DNA of 5,910 bases, taken from IMG/VR virus record IMGVR_UViG_2802429232_000005. The stretch is one strand, 5' to 3'. The notes beneath the pieces were generated by a model. The model was given only the letters and a program-made list of their open reading frames with translations, was not told the DNA's origin and made no database searches. Shown here one piece after another: positions 1-4,666 of this stretch. The stretch comes from a virus. Lineage: Duplodnaviria; Heunggongvirae; Uroviricota; Caudoviricetes. Within the stretch, counting starts at the first letter, position 1; the number at the start of each line of letters is the position of its first letter. Made by a program: the position numbers and the translations under genes.

Positions 1-39
1 TTTGACTATGAGGTGATGATATCACCTCTATTCAGGTGG

Positions 40-360
40 CCAAATTCACTATGCCACTACATACAAAAGCCTTTCACACACTCCAGACAAACAACTCAAA
101 CACAACAACGAAAGGAATCGCCCACCTGCCATTACTCCATACACGGAGAAGAACAATCACCAAAACGACGAGAACACCCCATAGAAGAACCACCGCAAAA
201 CGAACGAAACCACATACACCGACAGAGAAAACAACACACCCAATTCACCAACAGAAATAGTCGCCGTATAGAACATTCTGGAAGGAGTGAGCATTAACGC
301 CTATAGAAAGGTTGAGACAGATAAAACACGAAGAAAACACAACATGTATAGCGAAGAAGC
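40..360 (+). other. A+C-rich, T/G-poor compositionally skewed tract; probably non-coding (candidate structured-free RNA or ssDNA spacer)
   Basis: Hand count of 61-240 gives roughly A 48-55%, C about 30%, T 3-12%, G 10-13% on the + strand. The ORFs called here (13..297, 36..260) start at GTG and translate to low-complexity T/Q/H/R/K/P-rich peptides. Confidence 0.5.
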
Positions 361-383
361 CAGGTATGTATAAGTGGGGAGGG

Positions 384-408
384 AAGGAGGGGTGTCGCCT
401 CCTTTTTC
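384..408 (+). terminator. Intrinsic terminator-like hairpin (AAGGAGG / CCTCCTT stem, 7-nt loop) followed by T5
   Basis: AAGGAGG (384-390) pairs with CCTCCTT (398-404); TTTTT run 403-407 directly follows the stem. Confidence 0.55.
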
Positions 409-471
409 GTATTTATTCAACTCCTGATTTTATCCCCCCGTAACACCCCTACGGTCAGCCTTCGGTCCATA

Positions 472-606
472 CAGGGAAAGGCTGCATCCTGCTACAGAAA
501 CGGCTGGGTTGCCTTCGGGGAACGGCTGGAGGTTTTCAGGGAAACGGTCGAGTTGCCTGTGTGGATTTCGGGAAAAGGCTCGATGCCGGTTCAGGAACGG
601 TGGTGT
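472..606. repeat. Cluster of about six degenerate ~22-bp direct repeats, core GGGAAACGGCTG (iteron-like)
   Basis: cagggaaaggctg (472), cagaaacggctgg (495), ggggaacggctgg (517), cagggaaacggtcg (537), cgggaaaaggctcg (568), caggaacggtggtg (591); spacing about 22-32 bp. No reverse-complement copies, so these are direct repeats, not a long hairpin. Confidence 0.6.
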
Positions 607-785
607 ACCGGTATAGCGAGAGGGAGAGTTGCGGCTGCCCACCTGTAATGTGCGGGAAGAAGAGAGGCGCTCACGTGCAGGCGGACTAACTTACCGCTGG
701 ATTCCCTCTGAATGCCCAGCTACAGCGTAATTGTGCCAGACAGCCAACGGGTCACAATCGATTTCAGTAGGTTTTCGGGGAGATG

Positions 786-830
786 ATTATTCTGCCCACC
801 AGCCACCTTAGGCCACTAAATCAGAATAAT
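786..830. repeat. Perfect 9-bp inverted repeat ATTATTCTG / CAGAATAAT with 27-bp spacer
   Basis: ATTATTCTG at 786-794 and its exact reverse complement CAGAATAAT at 822-830. Confidence 0.5.
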
Positions 831-917
831 GTAAAAAGTGTACTCGGTACTGAACCTGAAAACTCACTGCCAAAACCACATTCACCGGAATAAAATCCTT
901 TTTCGCCTGTGCGTTAT

Positions 918-957
918 TGCGATAATAACACCATTAAGAAAACATCTTGTTTAAGGA
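918..957 (+). promoter_or_regulatory. Conserved leader module A: extended -10 (TGcGATAAT), AACA-tct-TGTT palindrome, SD AAGGA
   Basis: TGCGATAAT 918-926; palindrome 941-951; AAGGA 953-957, 7 nt before ATG 965. The module recurs upstream of other genes in the array. Confidence 0.5.
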
Positions 958-964
958 TTGCTTT

Positions 965-1294
965 ATGTTTGCAAATATCGACATCAACCAAATTAAGAAA
1001 TTGACTCAAAAAGAGTTTGACCAGTTTTATGAGCTGGAAGGTTGGTCTTCCACTCTGATTAATTCAAGATGGGTGCTGGAACTGATGACTCGTGATGACG
1101 CACCTGCTTTGATGATCAGCGACCTGGGTGAAGATGCTGACTTTATGGATATGAGCGAATTTTGTGTGGACACATACAACCGCAGCCAGAAGTACTACTT
1201 CACATGCGATAGCGAAAATGACGTGATTTCTAAGGTCTATCTTCACCTCGTCCAGCATTGGGACGTTCAGGAGTTTCTTGAGGTATTCGCGTAA
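965..1294 (+). CDS. Hypothetical small acidic protein (109 aa)
   Basis: ATG 965 with SD AAGGA at 7-nt spacing. The ORF track's longer form starts at TTG 947 with no SD. Hand count about 21 D/E vs 8 K/R. Stop TAA 1292-1294, followed by hairpin 1304-1322. Confidence 0.6.
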   Translation: MFANIDINQIKKLTQKEFDQFYELEGWSSTLINSRWVLELMTRDDAPALMISDLGEDADFMDMSEFCVDTYNRSQKYYFTCDSENDVISKVYLHLVQHWDVQEFLEVFA

Positions 1295-1303
1295 TCACAA
1301 CCA

Positions 1304-1322
1304 AAGCCAGCATTGCTGGCTT
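1304..1322 (+). other. GC-rich hairpin AAGCCAGCA / TGCTGGCTT downstream of the 109-aa gene (no clear U-tract)
   Basis: Inverted repeat 1304-1312 / 1314-1322; same AAG-palindrome-CTTAA style as the hairpins at 2926 and 3397. Confidence 0.45.
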
Positions 1323-1391
1323 AACTTAATCTGTAGCCGCAGGGAAGAACCTGCATATCGCTCATGCGCCTGATTAATATGCTTTGTAGCC

Positions 1392-1443
1392 GTTTTCTTA
1401 CTGGTATTATTTACGCCATTGAGAAAACAAGTTGTTTACGGAG
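1392..1443 (+). promoter_or_regulatory. Conserved leader module D: extended -10 (TGgTATTAT), AAACAA-g-TTGTTT palindrome, SD GGAG
   Basis: TGGTATTAT 1392-1400; perfect 6-bp-arm palindrome 1425-1437; GGAG 1440-1443, 5 nt before ATG 1449. Confidence 0.45.
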
Positions 1444-1448
1444 TTGTG

Positions 1449-1760
1449 ATGAAAAAATCATTGGTTCTTGGTCTGGACAAAGACCAGAAGAGAAAAGAGA
1501 AGCCTGCACTGGTTGCTCAATTAACTTTGCTGGATATCGTTGCCAATGGGACCTCTATTCGTCTGTTCCGTGAAACAGCGGTGTCTTTCGATAAAAACAC
1601 CTTTACTCGTTATGTAATGAATGTTCGTCGCCAGCGTGGAAAAGGCTGGGTGGCATTTCAAAGAATGTGGCCGGAACATCAGCTCGAACTGGCTTTGATG
1701 GAAGTTAACCGCGTGGCCCAGCAAGAGATTCAGAGAGCATCAGTGATGGCAATAGCCTGA
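1449..1760 (+). CDS. Hypothetical small basic protein (103 aa); possible nucleic-acid-binding regulator
   Basis: ATG 1449 preceded by GGAG. The ORF-track start TTG 1419 lies inside the palindromic leader and is unlikely. Hand count about 18 K/R vs 10 D/E. Stop TGA 1758-1760, followed by a strong terminator. Confidence 0.55.
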   Translation: MKKSLVLGLDKDQKRKEKPALVAQLTLLDIVANGTSIRLFRETAVSFDKNTFTRYVMNVRRQRGKGWVAFQRMWPEHQLELALMEVNRVAQQEIQRASVMAIA

Positions 1761-1794
1761 TAATGTGCAAGTGGTAATTAGTCGACCGTACGAC

Positions 1795-1822
1795 AGCCCC
1801 GCCATCCTTACGGGGCTTTTTT
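1795..1822 (+). terminator. Rho-independent terminator (AGCCCCG / CGGGGCT stem, 9-nt loop, T6)
   Basis: Stem 1795-1801 / 1811-1817, followed by TTTTTT 1817-1822. Confidence 0.75.
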
Positions 1823-1849
1823 GTATTGTAAGTACATACTTACGATCAT
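1821..1849 (+). promoter_or_regulatory. Putative sigma70 promoter (TTGTAT-N17-GATCAT) with operator-like palindrome GTAAGTA-ca-TACTTAC in the spacer
   Basis: -35-like TTGTAT 1821-1826, -10-like GATCAT 1844-1849; 7-bp-arm palindrome 1828-1843 fills the spacer. Confidence 0.4.
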
Positions 1850-1886
1850 GGAATAGAAAAATAACCAATACACTACGGAGAGTGAA

Positions 1887-2282
1887 ATGACCGTTAAACG
1901 CGAAAAACTGACAGTTGATGTTTACTATGCCTCTGAAACCGCCGAAGGTAAGAATGTGGCAAAAATCACCGTTGTTACGTACAACACCGAAACTGGTGCC
2001 GAAGTCCAGGCCAGTACGATCGTGCGTAAAGGTGATGCCTCCGGCGGCGAGTACGCGACTCAATACCAGTCTATTTTCGATGCAACTGACCCGCTGCTGC
2101 TGAAAATCGAGAACTACTTCCGCCAGGTTGATGAAGAGGTGTTTGAAACCATGATGAATATGGTTAACACCGTATTCGCCTCCAGCCTGAATACCAACAC
2201 TACCTGGATTGGTCAGTACGGCCTGCGCATTACCTCTGGCATTCCTGCCGACACCTTAATCCCTGAAAGCGTATTCGCTTAA
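1887..2282 (+). CDS. Hypothetical protein (131 aa), mildly acidic
   Basis: ATG 1887 with SD GGAG 1877-1880 at 6-nt spacing. Stop TAA 2280-2282, followed by a strong hairpin terminator. Confidence 0.7.
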   Translation: MTVKREKLTVDVYYASETAEGKNVAKITVVTYNTETGAEVQASTIVRKGDASGGEYATQYQSIFDATDPLLLKIENYFRQVDEEVFETMMNMVNTVFASSLNTNTTWIGQYGLRITSGIPADTLIPESVFA

Positions 2283-2291
2283 TCCTCTTTA

Positions 2292-2318
2292 AATGGCGCG
2301 TAAACCGCGCCATTTTAT
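2292..2318 (+). terminator. Rho-independent terminator (AATGGCGCG / CGCGCCATT stem, loop TAAAC, T-rich tail)
   Basis: 9-bp perfect stem 2292-2300 / 2306-2314, followed by TTATTA. Confidence 0.7.
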
Positions 2319-2325
2319 TATGCCC

Positions 2326-2392
2326 GATAACAATTTGTTTTCTGCCTTATCTGATTTGTGAAAATGATTTCACTGAAGCAACTTAATAAGGA
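2326..2392 (+). promoter_or_regulatory. Leader module E: GATAAC, AACAA-t-TTGTT palindrome, shared TGCCTTATCT 10-mer, GTGAAA-atga-TTTCAC palindrome, SD AAGGA
   Basis: Palindromes at 2329-2339 and 2358-2373; TGCCTTATCT 2343-2352 is identical to 3042-3051; AAGGA 2388-2392, 7 nt before ATG 2400. Confidence 0.45.
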
Positions 2393-2399
2393 AACCATC

Positions 2400-2774
2400 A
2401 TGGGACTTGATATCTATATCGAGACGCAGCCTAAAAACGATCTGAATAACGAGGTATCCAGAAAGCAGGTTGCTTACTTCCGTAAGTTCAATGCGCTCGT
2501 TGGGTGGATGGAGCGCAACGTAGGTGAAGTCGAAAATTGTGAGCTTTTAGAATTAACGATGAATGACATTTGCCTTCTGAAAGCTCATTTGATGCACATA
2601 AACGAAAGCAATTGCGAAGAGTACTTGCCTACCCGGGAAGGTTTTTTCTTCGGCAGTCAGGAGTACGACGAAGGTTACTGGCATGATGTGGGGGAGTTGA
2701 AAGAGCTTGTGGAAGATCTGATTAAGAACCACGACTTTCACAATAATAGACTGACCTTCTGCGCCTGGTGGTAA
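2400..2774 (+). CDS. Hypothetical small acidic protein (124 aa)
   Basis: ATG 2400 with SD AAGGA. The ORF-track start GTG 2358 lies inside the operator-like palindrome. Hand count about 23 D/E vs 11 K/R. Stop TAA 2772-2774. Confidence 0.6.
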   Translation: MGLDIYIETQPKNDLNNEVSRKQVAYFRKFNALVGWMERNVGEVENCELLELTMNDICLLKAHLMHINESNCEEYLPTREGFFFGSQEYDEGYWHDVGELKELVEDLIKNHDFHNNRLTFCAWW

Positions 2775-2776
2775 AT

Positions 2777-2920
2777 ATGGGCGATTTCAAGAAACGCCTG
2801 AAGGAGAGAGCCGAGATGGTCAGAAAGCGAAACGCCTCTTCTGTCATCAGATACGCAAGGCAGTTTAGTCGCAACAACAAATCAGTTGAGGAAAAGATCC
2901 TTAGCGTAATCGGGCGATAA
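2777..2920 (+). CDS. Hypothetical very basic small protein (47 aa), possibly translationally coupled to the upstream acidic gene
   Basis: ATG 2777 lies 2 nt after the upstream stop, with GGTGG 5 nt upstream. Hand translation MGDFKKRLKERAEMVRKRNASSVIRYARQFSRNNKSVEEKILSVIGR, stop TAA 2918-2920. Not in the ORF track, presumably below its length cut-off. The stop sits 5 nt before hairpin repeat 2926, the same spacing as stop 3391 to hairpin 3397. Confidence 0.4.
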   Translation: MGDFKKRLKERAEMVRKRNASSVIRYARQFSRNNKSVEEKILSVIGR

Positions 2921-2925
2921 TTATT

Positions 2926-2956
2926 AAGGCCACCAGCATTGGTGGTCTTAAATGAC
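2926..2956 (+). repeat. Hairpin repeat copy 1: AAGGCCACCA-gcat-TGGTGGtCTT + AAATGAC
   Basis: 10-bp stem (one G-T wobble) with 4-nt loop; about 90% identical to the copy at 3397-3428. Confidence 0.6.
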
Positions 2957-3041
2957 TTTTAATAACCGAAGGTTAGTTTGAAACCTGGCTATCAACTTCC
3001 AGAACCTTTCTTGTGTATTCAGCCTGTATTAACTTCTTTTA

Positions 3042-3102
3042 TGCCTTATCTACACTGCGATAATTACACCAACAAGAAAACAACATGTTTACGCAGTGAG
3101 GA
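3042..3102 (+). promoter_or_regulatory. Conserved leader module B: TGCCTTATCT, extended -10 TGcGATAAT, AAACA-aca-TGTTT palindrome, SD GAGGA
   Basis: TGCGATAAT 3056-3064; palindrome 3078-3090 (core AACATGTT is perfect); GAGGA 3098-3102, 7 nt before ATG 3110. Confidence 0.5.
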
Positions 3103-3109
3103 TATGCTC

Positions 3110-3391
3110 ATGACTGATTTCACCATTACCCCTAAAGCACAAAATGTATTTCTTGAATCATGGCTGGACTTGCCGGAAACAGAACAGCAAGAAATGGATC
3201 ATGTGGATTATGACGAGCAGGTAAGCACGCGATTCTTCCACTTTGAGGGATGCGTTTACGACATTGTCGACTTCATGCGAGATGACCGCTTCCCTGAATG
3301 GCACGCAAGCTATCCACTAAACGCCTTTGCCATGCTGATGATCCGTGTGGATGATTCAGGGGATACCATCGACATCGGTCTGCTCCACTAA
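3110..3391 (+). CDS. Hypothetical small, strongly acidic protein (93 aa); DNA-mimic-like composition
   Basis: ATG 3110 with SD GAGGA at 7-nt spacing. In-frame ATG 3104 is too close to the SD, and the track's TTG 2978 start would run through the promoter module. Hand count about 20 D/E vs 5 K/R. Stop TAA 3389-3391. Confidence 0.6.
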   Translation: MTDFTITPKAQNVFLESWLDLPETEQQEMDHVDYDEQVSTRFFHFEGCVYDIVDFMRDDRFPEWHASYPLNAFAMLMIRVDDSGDTIDIGLLH

Positions 3392-3396
3392 AGGCT

Positions 3397-3428
3397 AAGG
3401 CCACCAATGCTGGTGGCCTTAAATGACC
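3397..3428 (+). repeat. Hairpin repeat copy 2: AAGGCCACCA-atgc-TGGTGGCCTT + AAATGACC
   Basis: Perfect 10-bp stem with 4-nt loop, 5 nt after the stop codon; direct repeat of 2926-2956. Confidence 0.6.
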
Positions 3429-3520
3429 ATCCTGTTTCCCTCAGGCTAATAACACCAACCTCTTACCTCCAGGCAACCGACAAACCCACCTGTTCCCGTC
3501 CGGCTACCGCAACTTTCCAC

Positions 3521-3588
3521 TTTGACGCCTTATTCGTACAACGATAATTAATACCAACAAGAAAACAATTTGTTATTTACGATAAGGA
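3521..3588 (+). promoter_or_regulatory. Conserved leader module C: sigma70-like promoter TTTGAC-N16-GATAAT, AACAA-t-TTGTT palindrome, SD AAGGA
   Basis: TTTGAC 3521-3526, GATAAT 3543-3548; palindrome 3564-3574; AAGGA 3584-3588, 7 nt before ATG 3596. Confidence 0.55.
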
Positions 3589-3595
3589 ATTAATC

Positions 3596-4078
3596 ATGAA
3601 TTTTATCGCTACTGTAAACGCACCCGCACATGGCAATATCGCTGTAACGTTCTCTGACATTGAAAAACGAGTACTTGGTGCATGGCGCGACAATGAGACG
3701 GTAGAACTGTCAGCACAAGAAAAATGCATTATTGCACGCGACATCATTGGCAATCGTCGTTACTCGCGGGTATTTGAGAAAGCGTATGTGGTAAATTCTG
3801 GATTCGGAACGTTCGTCTTTCCGGTGCGCTCCGGGCGATTCTGCCAGTCCAAGCTGATTGAGTTCGCTACGCAGATTTCTGTCTGGATTAAAACTCAATC
3901 GTCGTTCAAATTTTCCGACGATGAAGCAGTATCGCAGGGGATGCGGATCGCCAACAATGCGATTAAATGCAAAAACATTACGTATACCGCTGGCGTTGAT
4001 ACATGGAAACTGTTTTGCGCTAACTTTATGCTGAACGTATACGCCAGCAACCGCATCCACATCCTTGATGGCGTGTAA
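3596..4078 (+). CDS. Hypothetical protein (160 aa)
   Basis: ATG 3596 with SD and a near-consensus promoter upstream. Stop TAA 4076-4078, followed by a stable hairpin. Confidence 0.7.
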   Translation: MNFIATVNAPAHGNIAVTFSDIEKRVLGAWRDNETVELSAQEKCIIARDIIGNRRYSRVFEKAYVVNSGFGTFVFPVRSGRFCQSKLIEFATQISVWIKTQSSFKFSDDEAVSQGMRIANNAIKCKNITYTAGVDTWKLFCANFMLNVYASNRIHILDGV

Positions 4079-4080
4079 CT

Positions 4081-4109
4081 GAGAAGAGGGCCAGAAACGG
4101 CCCTTTCTC
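4081..4109 (+). terminator. Stable hairpin (GAGAAGAGGGCC / GGCCCTTTCTC, loop AGAAAC) after the 160-aa gene; weak U-tract
   Basis: About 11-bp stem with a 1-nt bulge; the loop carries the CAGAAACGGC repeat motif; the T-rich tail lies partly inside the stem. Confidence 0.4.
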
Positions 4110-4123
4110 TATAGCCACCAGCT

Positions 4124-4206
4124 GCCGCAGGGAAATTTTCAGAAACGGCAAGGAACGCATTCATGAGCCGACGGGAAACGGCCAGGATTTTTTCGGGAAA
4201 CGGCTG
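4124..4206. repeat. Second cluster of GGGAAACGGC-type direct repeats (4-5 degenerate units)
   Basis: cagggaaa (4129), cagaaacggc (4140), aggaacgc (4151), cgggaaacggcc (4172), cgggaaacggctg (4194). GCCGCAGGGAA at 4124-4134 also occurs at 1336-1346. Confidence 0.55.
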
Positions 4207-4334
4207 CATTCGCCTTTGTGTAGAAAAAAACATCGGGAAGCTGGTGGAATCCAACCAGCGGTTGTCGGACAGGTGAGCGGGGAAAATTATGATGACTTTC
4301 GTCGCCTGAGACATCCAGATTTCTTTCGTAGCAT

Positions 4335-4388
4335 AATCACATACGTGATTAAGTGGTGTGATTATGTGAAAAATCACGCGCACATAAT
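4335..4388. promoter_or_regulatory. Cluster of GTGATT / AATCAC inverted repeats; candidate operator or origin-like site
   Basis: AATCAC-atac-GTGATT at 4335-4350; ATTATGTG (4361-4368) and CACATAAT (4381-4388) form a perfect 8-bp inverted repeat; four GTGATT/AATCAC hexamers in alternating orientation. Confidence 0.35.
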
Positions 4389-4420
4389 ACGCGAGCGGAT
4401 ACGGAACAAAACAAAATGCC

Positions 4421-4448
4421 GATCCGCGCCGACAAATAAACGCGGATC
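4421..4448. other. Perfect 8-bp inverted repeat GATCCGCG / CGCGGATC with 12-nt spacer, containing two GATC sites
   Basis: GATCCGCG 4421-4428 and CGCGGATC 4441-4448. Confidence 0.4.
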
Positions 4449-4618
4449 ATAAAGCAAGACTAAAAGCCAATGATTAACCATACACCATAACGCAATATAA
4501 CGCGTTTTAAGCGCGTTAATGCGCTAAGTAATGGGTATATGCTGGTAAGGATATAAAAGCTCGTCTATGGCGTTATTTTTGCGCTTATTTTTATATTGTT
4601 GGAGTGAGTCAAAGACAA

Positions 4619-4642
4619 TAAAAAAAGCGCCATCATTGGCGC
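4619..4642 (-). terminator. Rho-independent terminator on the minus strand (GCGCCA / TGGCGC stem, then T-run on the minus strand)
   Basis: Stem 4627-4632 / 4637-4642; the A-run at 4619-4626 on + is a U-run after the hairpin on the minus strand. Confidence 0.6.
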
Positions 4643-4666
4643 GTTATGGTGGAAGTATTGGAAACG

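Noticed and set aside
13-297. ORFs 13..297 and 36..260 (+) as protein-coding genes
   Set aside because: Both start at GTG with no SD and translate the A+C-rich tract into low-complexity T/Q/H/R/P-rich peptides; they overlap each other in different frames. Composition bias explains the open frames better than coding. Frame 1 is open to the window edge, so an incoming upstream gene is not fully excluded.
472-606. CRISPR array interpretation of the direct repeats
   Set aside because: The units are degenerate, about 12-14 bp cores at irregular 22-32 bp spacing, with no uniform repeat-spacer periodicity and no palindromic repeat typical of CRISPR.
430-642. ORF 430..642 (-), 70 aa
   Set aside because: It lies entirely over the GGGAAACGGC direct-repeat cluster; the repetitive Gly/Pro/Arg-rich translation is what such repeats produce; no SD found.
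783-893. Possible 36-aa ORF starting at ATG 783
   Set aside because: The GGGGAG immediately abuts the ATG with 0-2 nt spacing, which is too short for an SD; no other support.
1364-2103. Alternative-frame + strand ORFs 1364..1573 and 1915..2103
   Set aside because: They overlap the SD-supported genes 1449..1760 and 1887..2282 in other frames and lack their own ribosome-binding sites.
2357-2373. CRP binding site (TGTGA ... TCAC)
   Set aside because: The half-site spacing is 8 nt rather than the 6 nt of the CRP consensus, and the right half-site is TCAC-T; better described as a generic GTGAAA/TTTCAC palindrome.
947-3109. Longer ORF-track start codons (TTG 947, TTG 1419, GTG 2358, TTG 2978)
   Set aside because: Each sits inside or upstream of the conserved promoter or operator module and lacks an SD, whereas an in-frame ATG with a well-spaced SD lies downstream (965, 1449, 2400, 3110).
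1064-4383. Minus-strand ORFs 1064..1258, 1521..1724, 1740..2063, 2553..2741, 3710..4060 and 3895..4383
   Set aside because: All lie antisense to better-supported + strand genes that have SD sequences and terminators. 3895..4383 also runs through a hairpin and the second repeat cluster. These are typical shadow ORFs.
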